DNA from: Pseudomonadota bacterium
GTDB taxonomy: Bacteria; Bdellovibrionota_B; Oligoflexia; Oligoflexales; CAIYRB01
Reading direction: 5' to 3'
Length of the DNA stretch: 58,104 bases
Assembly (NCBI GenBank): GCA_031416315.1
Contig: JANOTL010000067.1
Coordinates: 1-58,104 of the forward strand
A model generated the notes under the pieces. It was not told the DNA's origin. It searched no databases and saw nothing but the letters and a program-made list of their open reading frames with translations. Numbering within the stretch: position 1 is the stretch's first letter; each line of letters opens with the position of its first letter. Below, piece by piece: positions 38,300-48,030 of this stretch. Position numbers and translations under genes: made by a program.

Positions 38300-38736
38300 T
38301 GAGTTTTTTCCGCGCGATGGAGATCTCGAGCTCGGGCTTGGCGGCGCAACGCGAGCGCATGAACGTGCTCAGCGCCAACTTGGCCAACGTCAACACCACG
38401 CGCGGCGACGACGGCGGGCCGTACAAGCGACGCGACGTCGTGTTCACCGCCCTTCCGACCGGCAATAAGTTCGAGGATTTCTTGAACGGCACGACCGGCA
38501 CCGAGATCCGTAAGGTGAAGGTGACGCAGATCCACAAGGACAACCGCGAGCCGCGGATGGTCTTCGACCCGAGCCACCCGGACCGGAACGCCGAAGGCTA
38601 CGTGGCAATGCCCAACATCCAGGTCATGACCGAGATGGTCAACATGATCGCCGCGACGCGCGCCTTCGAGGCCAACGCCACGGCGCTCAACGACGAGAAG
38701 CAGATGGCGATGAAAGCCCTCGAGATCGGACGGTAA
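38299..38736 (+). CDS. flgC: Flagellar basal-body rod protein FlgC
   Basis: ANLANVNTTR..GPYKRR..DPSHPD..GYV.MPN. Confidence 0.97.
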   Translation: MSFFRAMEISSSGLAAQRERMNVLSANLANVNTTRGDDGGPYKRRDVVFTALPTGNKFEDFLNGTTGTEIRKVKVTQIHKDNREPRMVFDPSHPDRNAEGYVAMPNIQVMTEMVNMIAATRAFEANATALNDEKQMAMKALEIGR

Positions 38737-38740
38737 CTAA

Positions 38741-39082
38741 ATGGCTGGTATCGCATCCATCTCGACCGAAGCGATCCTGAACCAGCTCCGCGACATGCAG
38801 AGCGAGGCGAAGAGTCTCTCGTCGAGCGCCGGCGGCGGCGCCGAGAAAAAAGACTCCTCCGGGATGAGCTTCACGGACCACCTGAAGCAGAACGTCCAGG
38901 AAGTGAACCAGATGCACCAGTCGGCGGACAAGATGGCGATGGAGGTCGCCACCGGCAAGAGCGAGAACTTGCACGAGACGATGCTCGCCTCGACCCAGGC
39001 GGAGATCGCCTTCAACCTGATGGTGCAAGTGCGCAACAAGGCGCTCGAAGCGTACATGGAAATCATGCGGATGCCGGTCTAA
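38741..39082 (+). CDS. fliE: Hook-basal body protein FliE
   Basis: QVRNKALEAYMEIMRMPV. Confidence 0.97.
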   Translation: MAGIASISTEAILNQLRDMQSEAKSLSSSAGGGAEKKDSSGMSFTDHLKQNVQEVNQMHQSADKMAMEVATGKSENLHETMLASTQAEIAFNLMVQVRNKALEAYMEIMRMPV

Positions 39083-39106
39083 GCAACTATCCCCGGAGCG
39101 TGATCC

Positions 39107-40729
39107 TTGGAGAGCATTCGAAATTTCGTCGGCCGCTTCTTCGGCCAATTTCGCAATTTCTGGGCGGCGCTTGCCGGCTGGAAGAAGGGCGTGGCGCTCG
39201 GCGCCGTGGCGCTCTTCGCCGTCGGCGTCTTCTCGCTGATCGCGTCGCGCCAGAGCGACCCCTACGAATACGTCTTCGTCGACCTGTCCGCCGAGGACAC
39301 GCAGGCGATTACCTCCTATTTCAAGCGTGTCGGCGTCGTCGACTACGCCACCGACGCAAAGGGCGTCAAGGTGCCGTCGAAAGACGTGCTGGGCCTACGC
39401 CTCAAGCTCTCCCAAGAAGGCCTGCCGAACCACGGCGTCGTCGGCTGGGAGAAGTTCGACTCGCAAGAGTTCACCCGCACCGAGTTCGAGCAGCGCATCA
39501 ACAAGCAGCGCGCCATCCAGGGCGAGCTGCAGCGCACGATCATGATGATCGACGGCGTCACGAACGCCAAAGTCCACATCGCCAACCCGAAGAAGAGCCT
39601 CTTTCTCGAGGACCAGATCAACGTCACCGCCGCCATCTACATCAAGATGAAGCCCAACGCGAGCCTCGACCGCAAGGCGATCAAGGGCATCGTGAACCTC
39701 GTCTCGCACTCGGTCGAAGGCTTGAAGCCGAACGACGTGACGATCATCGACGGCGACGGCCGCATGATCACCGAGATCGAGAGCGACGAGTTCGCGGCGA
39801 AGATGACCAAAGAGATGATGACCTACAAGCGTCAGATCGAGAAGCAGTACGAAGAGAACATCCGCGCCATGGTCGGCCGCATCGTCGGCGCCGACCGCGT
39901 CGAGGCGAAGGTCGACGCGCAGGTCGACTTCACCGAGGAGAAGCAGACGATCTCCGACGTCGACCCGGACAAGTCCGCGGTGTTGTCGAAGGAGACACAG
40001 GGCTACGACCTCGCGGGCACCGGTCTCAACCCGACCGGCATCCCGGGGGCGAAATCCAACGTCCCCGGCGAGCAGGAAGAGGTCACGGTCAACCAGAACT
40101 CGACCAAGTCGAAGAAAGACTCCGAGACCGTCAACTTCGAGATCTCGAAGAAGGTCTCGCAGAAGACCCTGCCCGTCGGCCGCATCGTCAAGCTCTCCGC
40201 CTCCGTCTTAGTCGATGGCCGCCAGGACTACCCGATCGACGGCACGCGCCCGGCCTTCGAGGGGCGCACCGACGACGAGATGGCGAAGATCGAGGCGCTC
40301 GTGCGCGGCGCCATCGGCGCCGACGAGGCGCGCAAGGACTCGATCACGGTGCAAAACATCATGTTCCAGCTGGACCCCGTCCAGATGGAGTCGATCAAGG
40401 AAGAAAAGAAAGAGACCCGCGAGTACATCACGACGCTGGCCGTCTCCGGCGCCATCGCCTTAGCCCTCGTCCTCTTCTTCGCCTTCATCGTCCGCCCGTA
40501 CTTCCGGTGGCTCGCCTACGACCCGATGCGCAAGAACGAGCAGCAGCTCGTCGAGGAGTTCAAGCCGGACCTCGAGCTTGGCGCTCTGCAGAACGTCCAG
40601 ATCAAGGAGGACGTGCCTTTTGAGAAGCTGACGCCGCAGGAGCAAGTCACCTTCCTCGCGAAGAACGAGCCGAAACGCACGACCGAGGCCATCCGCCTTC
40701 TCCTGAACCCGCACCACACCATCGGCTGA
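39107..40729 (+). CDS. fliF: MS-ring protein FliF
   Basis: Two TMs; GWEKFD, RAIQGELQRTI, SVEGLKP, GIPGAKSN. Confidence 0.97.
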   Translation: MESIRNFVGRFFGQFRNFWAALAGWKKGVALGAVALFAVGVFSLIASRQSDPYEYVFVDLSAEDTQAITSYFKRVGVVDYATDAKGVKVPSKDVLGLRLKLSQEGLPNHGVVGWEKFDSQEFTRTEFEQRINKQRAIQGELQRTIMMIDGVTNAKVHIANPKKSLFLEDQINVTAAIYIKMKPNASLDRKAIKGIVNLVSHSVEGLKPNDVTIIDGDGRMITEIESDEFAAKMTKEMMTYKRQIEKQYEENIRAMVGRIVGADRVEAKVDAQVDFTEEKQTISDVDPDKSAVLSKETQGYDLAGTGLNPTGIPGAKSNVPGEQEEVTVNQNSTKSKKDSETVNFEISKKVSQKTLPVGRIVKLSASVLVDGRQDYPIDGTRPAFEGRTDDEMAKIEALVRGAIGADEARKDSITVQNIMFQLDPVQMESIKEEKKETREYITTLAVSGAIALALVLFFAFIVRPYFRWLAYDPMRKNEQQLVEEFKPDLELGALQNVQIKEDVPFEKLTPQEQVTFLAKNEPKRTTEAIRLLLNPHHTIG

Positions 40730-40738
40730 GCAACCGCA

Positions 40739-42097
40739 ATGACGTTCAACGACGGACCGCGCCGCAAGGGACGCTTCCTGCGCCGGGACTCCAAGGTCCT
40801 CGAGAAGGTCGTGCTCACCGACTTCAAGTTCGGCGACCTCGAGGCCTCGGGCAATGTGATGGCGGACAACGCCGTCCGCAATATCATCCACGCGAAGTAC
40901 CACGAGGCCTCCGAGCTCGCGCGGAACATCGAGGTCCCGGCGCGCTTCAGCGAAGACCTGCTCACTCCGCAGCAGCGCCGCTCGGTCATCATGCCGGTCG
41001 ACTTCACCAAGGACTGGGAGCGCGCCAACAGGCTGAGCAAGGGCCGGCGCTCGCGCCACGAGGACGAGGACTTCGAGCTCGAGTCGACGCTCGGCACGCA
41101 GACGGCGGAAGAGGAAGAAGAAGAAGCCGCCCAGCTCGCGGCGCAAGCGGCAAGCGGCGCGTCCCGCGCGAGCGCGCAGCCTTCACCCGCGGCGCTCGCT
41201 CATGCGGGCCACGCCATCGGCCACGCGGGCCAGTCCGCAGCGCTCGCCGCGCAGGCCGCCGGCCAAGCCGCGGCGCATGCCGCCGGGCACGTCAGCCAGG
41301 CCGCGCACCTGGCGCATTCCCAGCAGTCCGCCCCCGCAGCGCCCGCGCCTCAAGAACCGACGCCTGGGCCTCTGGAAATGGATCGTTTCAGCTCCATCGA
41401 CGTCGTCGGCAAGGCGATCAAAGGCTTAGGCAACGCGTCTTACCCCTCGCCGCAAGCCGTCGACGACTTCATCCCCAACGCCCCCGTTCTCGCCGGCGAG
41501 GAGGATCCCGAGGCTTCGACCGCCGTCACCTACCGGCAACGCGTCGCCGAGAAGCAGATCGACGAAGAAGCCGTGCACAAAGCCTTCGAGGAAGCCAAGG
41601 GCCGCGGCTTCCAGGAGGGCTACCGCCAAGGCGAGGAAAAGGCCGAGATCGCCGTCCGCCAGAACGCGGAGCTCATGTTCGGCAAGGTCGTCGAGCTCCT
41701 GCGGGAGTTCGCGAACTTGAAGCGCGAGGTCCTCGCCGGCGCGCAGGAAAACTTCTACACGCTCTGCCAGGCGATGGCCGAGGCCCTGACGCGCCGCGAG
41801 TTCACCATCCGTCCGGAGTCTTTCGTCGCGGTGCTGGAAAAAGCCATCGACGAAGCCGTCGACACTGACGCCTTCAAGATCCGCGTCCATCCCGACACGT
41901 TCGCGCGCATCGAGTCCGTCGCTCCCGCCGAGCTACGCGCCTCCCTCGTCAAAGACGGCGAGCTCGAGCCCGGCGACTTTCGCATCGAATCGAACCTCAG
42001 CGTCGTCGACGTGAACCTGCGCTCGATGCTGAAGGAGCTCCTGGACCAAGCCGACCTCGGCCTCTATGACGAGACCGAAGGGAAGAAAGCCGGATGA
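40739..42097 (+). CDS. fliH: FliH-like export protein with an N-terminal extension of about 270 aa
   Basis: EEAKGRGFQEGYRQGEE (AxxxGxxxG), IRVHPD, L..GDFRIES in the C-terminal half; ATGA overlap with fliI. Confidence 0.8.
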   Translation: MTFNDGPRRKGRFLRRDSKVLEKVVLTDFKFGDLEASGNVMADNAVRNIIHAKYHEASELARNIEVPARFSEDLLTPQQRRSVIMPVDFTKDWERANRLSKGRRSRHEDEDFELESTLGTQTAEEEEEEAAQLAAQAASGASRASAQPSPAALAHAGHAIGHAGQSAALAAQAAGQAAAHAAGHVSQAAHLAHSQQSAPAAPAPQEPTPGPLEMDRFSSIDVVGKAIKGLGNASYPSPQAVDDFIPNAPVLAGEEDPEASTAVTYRQRVAEKQIDEEAVHKAFEEAKGRGFQEGYRQGEEKAEIAVRQNAELMFGKVVELLREFANLKREVLAGAQENFYTLCQAMAEALTRREFTIRPESFVAVLEKAIDEAVDTDAFKIRVHPDTFARIESVAPAELRASLVKDGELEPGDFRIESNLSVVDVNLRSMLKELLDQADLGLYDETEGKKAG

Positions 42098-43461
42098 GCT
42101 TGCGCCGCTTCGATCGCGAGACGCTCCGCGAGGGCTTCCAACGGGTCAACTGGAACCCGTCGGGGAAAGTTACGGACGTCGTCGGCCAGCGGGTCGAGGC
42201 CAATCTCCCGGGCGCCAAGCTCGGCACCGTCGTCTCGATCCTGGTGCGCGGCCAGCCGGACGTCATCGCCGAAGTCGTCAGCTTCCAACACGACAAGGCC
42301 ATCCTGCTCCCATACGGCAGCCTGAGCGGCATCTCGCCGGGCTGCGCCGTCACCGGCAAACGCACCCTCGACGCCATGCCCGTCGGCGACTATCTCCTCG
42401 GCAAGGTCATCGACCCGCTCCTGAACTGCCTCGTGGGCGAGCTGCACGTCCCAGAGCACGCCAAGTATTTCCCGCTCGATCGCGACGCGCCGAATCCCAT
42501 GCTGCGCCAGAGGATCGGGGCGCCGCTCTCCTTAGGCATCCGAGCGATGGACGGCCTCCTCACCTTCGGCGACGGCCAACGCATCGGCATCATGGCCGGC
42601 TCCGGCGTCGGCAAATCCGTGCTCCTCGGCATGATCGCCCGCGGCTCTTCCGCCGACATCAACGTCATCGGCCTGATCGGCGAGCGGGGTCGCGAGGTGC
42701 GTGAGTTTCTCGAGCGCGACCTCGGCGCCGAGGGTCTTTCTCGCTCCGTCGTCGTGTGCGTCACCAGCGATCAGTCGCCGCTCCTGCGTATTCGCGCGGC
42801 GAAAGCGGTGATCGCCATCGCCGAAGGCTTCTCCGCGCAAGGAAAGAAAGTCCTCGTCATGATGGATTCGCTGACGCGGGTCGCCATGGCGCAAAGGGAG
42901 ATCGGCCTCTCCGTCGGCGAGCCGCCGACGACCAAAGGCTACACGCCGTCGGTCTTCGCCCTCCTGCCGCGCCTGCTCGAGCGCACCGGCCCGCAGCCGG
43001 TCGGTCACGGCTCGATCTCCGGTCTCTTTACCTGCCTCGTCGACGGCGACGACTTCAACGACCCGATCATCGACGCCACGCGGTCCATCCTCGACGGCCA
43101 CATCAACCTGTCACGCTCCCTCGCTGCGCGCGGGCACTTCCCGGCGATCGAGGTCGCGACCTCCATCAGCCGCGTCATGCACGACATCGTCGACCCCGAG
43201 CACCGCGAGCTCGCGGCCGCCGTCCGCGCCATGATCGGCTCTTACCAGGAGAACTCCGACTTCATCCAGATCGGCTCATACCAGCCGGGCACGAACCCCA
43301 CCCTCGACGCGGCCATCGCCCTGATGCCCGCGATCGAGATGTACCTCAAGCAAGGCATCGACGAGCGCTCGACCCTGACGCGCGCCGTCGACGGCCTTCG
43401 CGCCATCTTCAAGGCCGGCGCCGCCGCCATGAACGCCAACACGAACCCCCAGCGCAAGTAA
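42094..43461 (+). CDS. fliI: Flagellar export ATPase FliI
   Basis: AGSGVGKS, GERGREV, MDSLTR, GEPPTTKGY. Confidence 0.97.
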   Translation: MSLRRFDRETLREGFQRVNWNPSGKVTDVVGQRVEANLPGAKLGTVVSILVRGQPDVIAEVVSFQHDKAILLPYGSLSGISPGCAVTGKRTLDAMPVGDYLLGKVIDPLLNCLVGELHVPEHAKYFPLDRDAPNPMLRQRIGAPLSLGIRAMDGLLTFGDGQRIGIMAGSGVGKSVLLGMIARGSSADINVIGLIGERGREVREFLERDLGAEGLSRSVVVCVTSDQSPLLRIRAAKAVIAIAEGFSAQGKKVLVMMDSLTRVAMAQREIGLSVGEPPTTKGYTPSVFALLPRLLERTGPQPVGHGSISGLFTCLVDGDDFNDPIIDATRSILDGHINLSRSLAARGHFPAIEVATSISRVMHDIVDPEHRELAAAVRAMIGSYQENSDFIQIGSYQPGTNPTLDAAIALMPAIEMYLKQGIDERSTLTRAVDGLRAIFKAGAAAMNANTNPQRK

Positions 43462-43483
43462 GTCCTCCTAGGAGCTCCTCTCG

Positions 43484-43933
43484 ATGCAGCAAGTCTTCCG
43501 GAAGATCAAGCGCGTTCAACCCGTCATCAAGGCGCGCAAGGAGCGCGTCGACGAGGAATCCTCGCGCCTCAACGTCATCCGCAACGAGAAGGCGCAGGTC
43601 GTCAGCACCATGCGCGAGATGCAGCAGAAATACATGCAGGGCGTCGCCGACCTGAACAAGATCCGCCAGTCGAGGATCCGCGAGGCGCAGACGAGCCTCG
43701 AGCAAGCCCTCGATTACGTCAAGGACGAGTGGTACCGCCTGTTCCTCAAGGTGCAGGAGGTCGAGCGCCGCGAACGCTCGCAGCTCGACGTCCTCCTCGG
43801 AGCCGAGCGCGAGCTGCGCGTCACCGAGAAGCTCAAAGAAAAGTACGAAGTCGAGTACCGCCTGGCGCTCGCGAAGACCGAGCAGAAGCAGATGGACGAG
43901 CATGCGATCCGCAAGTTCGTGACGGAGAACTGA
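43484..43933 (+). CDS. fliJ: Flagellar export protein FliJ
   Basis: 149-aa coiled coil after fliI, EQKQMDE end motif. Confidence 0.85.
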   Translation: MQQVFRKIKRVQPVIKARKERVDEESSRLNVIRNEKAQVVSTMREMQQKYMQGVADLNKIRQSRIREAQTSLEQALDYVKDEWYRLFLKVQEVERRERSQLDVLLGAERELRVTEKLKEKYEVEYRLALAKTEQKQMDEHAIRKFVTEN

Positions 43934-43937
43934 AGCC

Positions 43938-44735
43938 GTGCTCTCAGCCCTCATCCGCAAGATCAAGACGCCGGAAGGCCTACGCGCCGTCCTCTTGGCG
44001 AAGCTCCTCGCCGTGCTGGCGATCTGGATCTCGTTGGACGATCGCTGGCACGTGGGCGACGAGCCCTCGTTCGCCGGTGAAGAGTCGAAGGCCGCGCCCG
44101 AAACGGCGAAGGGGGAGACCGCCGAGAAGCCGGCGGAAAAGGCCGAAGGGACCGCCGAAACCGGGAAAGCCCGCAAGAGCTTCCTCTCTAACCTCCTCGA
44201 GCTCCCAACCCTGGAGCCCGACGCGATCAAGAAGGAAGAGCTCGGCAAGTACCTCGAGATCGCCGAGCGGAAGAAGCGCCAAATCGAAGAGCGCGTCGAC
44301 CTGCTGAAGCGCCGCGAGGAGCAGCTGAAAGGGCTGGAAGGCTCCATCGACGAGAAGCTCCGTCGCCTCGACGACGAGCGCCGCTTCTTCGCGCAGACCT
44401 TGCAGCAGGAGAAGGAGCTGAAAGGCGATCGTCTCGACAAGCTCATCACGATGTACGCGAAGATGGAGCCGAAGAAGGCCGCACCGGTTTTCGAGAAGCT
44501 CGACAAGGACCTCGTCGTCGAGCTCTTCAAAGCGATGCCCCAGAAGCAAGTGACGCTCATCCTCGAAGGCATGAGCCCGGAAAAGTCCGTGACCATCAGC
44601 GAGTACTACGGCCGCGTCCGCTCCGCCCGCGAGTACGACCTCCTGAAAGAGATGAATACCTCGCTGCGCAAAGAGTTTGACGAGTGTAAGGGCATGCCCG
44701 GCGAGGCCCCTGCATCCGGAGCCAAAAAGCCCTGA
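43938..44735 (+). CDS. MotE/YlxF/FlbB family flagellar protein (MgtE-N-like)
   Basis: TM, coiled coil, MYAKMEPKKAAPVFE..IL..M.PEK. Confidence 0.8.
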   Translation: MLSALIRKIKTPEGLRAVLLAKLLAVLAIWISLDDRWHVGDEPSFAGEESKAAPETAKGETAEKPAEKAEGTAETGKARKSFLSNLLELPTLEPDAIKKEELGKYLEIAERKKRQIEERVDLLKRREEQLKGLEGSIDEKLRRLDDERRFFAQTLQQEKELKGDRLDKLITMYAKMEPKKAAPVFEKLDKDLVVELFKAMPQKQVTLILEGMSPEKSVTISEYYGRVRSAREYDLLKEMNTSLRKEFDECKGMPGEAPASGAKKP

Positions 44736-45289
44736 TGAACTGCCCCGACTGCGAGACGTCGCTCACCTCCCGTGCGAAGGTCGGCCGCCACTTCTTTTTC
44801 TGCTCGGATTGCCACGGCCAAGCCGTAACGCTCCCCGTGCTGAAATCCGAAGTGGATCAAGTCTATGTCAAGGAGCTTTGGGCCTTCGCGCGCCCGGCCT
44901 CGTGCACAAAGATGCGCGCCTGCCCTTCTTGCCGCTCGAAGATGCAGTCGATCCACCCGCCGGCAGCTGCTGGAAGCGGCGCCTCCGCCTTGGATGACCT
45001 GACGCTCGACCTTTGCCGCGCCTGCCAGCTCCTCTGGTTCGACGCCGGTGAGCTGCAACGCCTCCCGGGCGGCGGCAAGGTCAGCGACGCCATCGAGCCA
45101 GACGCCGATGCTCGGATTGCCTTAGCGCACGCGAAGCTCCTCTCCATCGCCGCGGAGGCCAGCCTCCGGGAGACGAAACTGCGGCGGGCCGGGCGCATCG
45201 CGGCCGAGCGACACGGCATCGGCGACAGCCGCGGGAGCTGGGAGCCGCTCCGTGGTATCATTTCGCTCATATCTACCCTATTCGACTGA
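44735..45289 (+). CDS. zf-TFIIB-type double zinc-ribbon protein
   Basis: CPDC..CSDC and CPSC..DLCRACQLLWFDAGEL; TGATG coupling. Confidence 0.8.
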   Translation: MNCPDCETSLTSRAKVGRHFFFCSDCHGQAVTLPVLKSEVDQVYVKELWAFARPASCTKMRACPSCRSKMQSIHPPAAAGSGASALDDLTLDLCRACQLLWFDAGELQRLPGGGKVSDAIEPDADARIALAHAKLLSIAAEASLRETKLRRAGRIAAERHGIGDSRGSWEPLRGIISLISTLFD

Positions 45290-45372
45290 TCCCATTGATT
45301 TATAGGTCGCAAACGTCAAGCCCTTTAGGCCGGACGCCGACTCAAGCTCTACGTCTTTAAGGAGGAATCAAG

Positions 45373-47892
45373 ATGATGAAGCGGATTTTTGCTCTAGCGC
45401 TGCTAGCGGGACTTAGTGCCTGCAAAGGCGGCGGCGGTGGCGGCGACGACAAGCCCACCACGCCGAACAAGCCGGCCGATCCGAATGCGCCGGCTCCGGG
45501 CCCGACGCCTGGGCCCGCGCCCGGTCCTGCGCCGGGTCCGACGCCGGGTCCGAACATTCCGGTCGACGATTCCGTGACCCTCGCGGGCTCGCTGTCCCTC
45601 GTCCTCGACGGCGGCTTAGGCCTGACCGCTGGTAAACAATATCTAGTTTATGCCGTCGGCTTCACCGACGCCGCCGTCCCGCCGTCCTGCAAGGCGTCGA
45701 TCGACGCAGCCGGAGCCTTCAGCAAGAACTGTCCCGGCATGGCCGGCGTCGACATCGGCGCCTTCCTGCGCGAGATCGGCGCGGACGGCAAAGAGAAGAC
45801 GGTCGCGACCCTCGAGATCAAGGTCGGGACCGAGAAGCGCGGCGGCATCGCCCTGGGTGCGGGCACCGCCAACGTCAAGATCGTGTTCAATCCGGCGACG
45901 GGCATCGCCACGATGACGATCGATCCGAGCTCGCCGGCCCTCGCGAAAGAGGCCCTCGACGCGGCGCTCGCCGCTTCCGGCGCCGTCCCGACCAACCTGG
46001 ACAGCCTCGAAGGCACCTACCTCGCTAATTGCATCGACAAAGACGAGATCAAATGCCAGGCCGGCGAAGGCGGCGAAGGCGGCGAAGGCGGCGATCGCGG
46101 CCCCCCCGCCCAATTCGCCGCCTATCTGAAGCCGTGGGTCAACGCGGCGGGCGAGGCAAAAATGTCGATCTGGGAGTCTAAGGAAGCGCACGATCGCGTC
46201 TTCCCGAACGGCGGCCCCGAGGATGCGCCCGCCTACTACATCACGACTAACGTCGCCGCTGGCACCCGCGTCGCGGTCAACGTCACGAGCACCGAGACCT
46301 TCAAGGACTCGATGCTGAACGTCTACGGCGAGCTGCCCGACGGCTTGAAGACCAGGATCCGCGACCACGCCAACGGCAGCGCTTCGTGGCTGAAGCACCA
46401 ATGCCAGTACGAGGCCAACCAGGCCTCGACCTTCAACAACGAGAGCTGCCGCTTCGCCAAAGGCGAGATGGTTAGCGGCGTTTACTACAACCCGGAAACC
46501 GGCGAAGAGATGCCATACTCGTATCCGAGGTGGTACGAGACTAGCGAGTTCGACGCGCTCATCGAATTCACTGGCAACGTTCAAACCATCGAAGTGGCCT
46601 GCGACCGCGACGACGAGACGCCAACCCCATGGTGTCCGCACGACGCCGAGGAGACGGCTGTCTCCTTCACGCAGTACGTCGCCGACGATGGCGCCGAGAT
46701 TCGTCTGATCTGCAAAGTCACCGACCTCGGCACGGGCGAGCCGAACCTGATCCAGGAGCCGGCCAACGCCATGGACAAAGCGGCGGCCATCGCCGCGCGC
46801 CTCGGCCGCACCAGCCCCGAGTGCGAGAACATCGCAACCGGCCCCTTCTCCGGCGAGAAAATGGGCGTCCTCGACGAGCTCCTCGTCTCGCTCGCGAGCC
46901 TCACCCAGAAAAACGACGACCGCGGCGGTGAAGGCGGTGAAGGCGGTGAAGGCGGTGAAGGCGGTGAAGGCGGCTACGACCGTTGCGCGCAGTACAAGGT
47001 ACCCGCGACGTTCACGTTCAGCGTCTGCAGCAACCTCACCAATCCCGACAGTCCTGGCGGCCCCGGCCCCGGCCCCGGCCCCGGCGGCGAGATGTTGCCG
47101 AATGCCTGCTTCGCGGCGCAGCGCCTGGTCCAGGACCTCAAGTACGGCTTCTCGGTTAGCCCGAACGGCCTCCTCCAAACCGTTGGCGACAACTCCAGCT
47201 TCGACACCGACATCGCCGAAGAGCTGTGCCCGATCTACTACGAAGCGAACAAAGATACCTGGTACGGCGTTCCGGGCGAGCCGGGGGAGCCGGGCTCGAT
47301 GCCGAACCACGCTCCCTGCCGTACCGAGTTCCTCGAAGCCAACACGACCGCGGTCATGCAAGCAGACGCGCTGACCAGAACGCAAACTCGTTACGCGCCG
47401 TTCGCCGACCTGATCCTCTGCGTCGAGACCGACCAGTCGGCTCGCGATGCGGTCACCGCGATCCAAAACCATAGCTTCGTGCCGCGCGCTTACTTCGACC
47501 GCCAGTGGGACGAGATCACGGGCAAAGCCCGGCTCGTGCTGAGCTGCGACGGCGGCAGCTGCGTCGAAAACCCGCGCCTCCCGGGTCGTCACCTCGCCGG
47601 ACCGCTCACGGCCGGCTTCAACGGCAGCTTCTCGGTCACCGAGACGAACGAGCACACGTTCTACACTTATGAAGACGGCGAAGCAGCCAAGTGCACTTAC
47701 GCCAACCAGTTCCTGATTCAGGCGACGCGTACCGCCTCAGGCTTCGAGGCCGCGATGACCTCGAAGGAGTCGAAGTCCTGCGACATGGGGACTGAGGACG
47801 GAGACACCGCACTGAACGAAGACGAAGGCGGCGCCGGGAAAGACGAAGGTGGCGGCGGCTTCACCGCGTACTTCGACTTCGTGAAGCAGTAA
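45373..47892 (+). CDS. Large acidic, Cys-rich surface lipoprotein with PG and GGE repeats
   Basis: LSAC lipobox; AAGGAGG SD; PGP(T/A) repeats; GGE repeats. Confidence 0.85.
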   Translation: MMKRIFALALLAGLSACKGGGGGGDDKPTTPNKPADPNAPAPGPTPGPAPGPAPGPTPGPNIPVDDSVTLAGSLSLVLDGGLGLTAGKQYLVYAVGFTDAAVPPSCKASIDAAGAFSKNCPGMAGVDIGAFLREIGADGKEKTVATLEIKVGTEKRGGIALGAGTANVKIVFNPATGIATMTIDPSSPALAKEALDAALAASGAVPTNLDSLEGTYLANCIDKDEIKCQAGEGGEGGEGGDRGPPAQFAAYLKPWVNAAGEAKMSIWESKEAHDRVFPNGGPEDAPAYYITTNVAAGTRVAVNVTSTETFKDSMLNVYGELPDGLKTRIRDHANGSASWLKHQCQYEANQASTFNNESCRFAKGEMVSGVYYNPETGEEMPYSYPRWYETSEFDALIEFTGNVQTIEVACDRDDETPTPWCPHDAEETAVSFTQYVADDGAEIRLICKVTDLGTGEPNLIQEPANAMDKAAAIAARLGRTSPECENIATGPFSGEKMGVLDELLVSLASLTQKNDDRGGEGGEGGEGGEGGEGGYDRCAQYKVPATFTFSVCSNLTNPDSPGGPGPGPGPGGEMLPNACFAAQRLVQDLKYGFSVSPNGLLQTVGDNSSFDTDIAEELCPIYYEANKDTWYGVPGEPGEPGSMPNHAPCRTEFLEANTTAVMQADALTRTQTRYAPFADLILCVETDQSARDAVTAIQNHSFVPRAYFDRQWDEITGKARLVLSCDGGSCVENPRLPGRHLAGPLTAGFNGSFSVTETNEHTFYTYEDGEAAKCTYANQFLIQATRTASGFEAAMTSKESKSCDMGTEDGDTALNEDEGGAGKDEGGGGFTAYFDFVKQ
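46924..46968 (+). repeat. Perfect 9-bp tandem repeat GGCGGTGAA x5 (GGE)
   Basis: Read directly; a related GGCGGCGAA array lies near 46063-46092. Confidence 0.9.
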
Positions 47893-47919
47893 CCGACCGA
47901 TCTTTGAGCCAATAAGCTC

Positions 47920-47974
47920 TGAGCCTGGACCCGCCTACGGTTTACCGCAGGCGGGTCTCGGCATTCCAGGCTCA
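47920..47974 (+). terminator. Nested hairpin after the lipoprotein gene (terminator or mRNA stabiliser)
   Basis: GACCCGCCT..AGGCGGGTC stem inside TGAGCCTGGA..TCCAGGCTCA; no clear U tract. Confidence 0.5.
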
Positions 47975-48030
47975 TGATTTTCGCCTCCGAGGTCGAAGAG
48001 GAAAAGAGAGCCAAGGGAGGCGCGAAAGCC

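Noticed and set aside
46924..46968. Short tandem repeats as a possible CRISPR array
   Set aside because: 9-bp in-frame coding repeats with no spacers; no cas genes present
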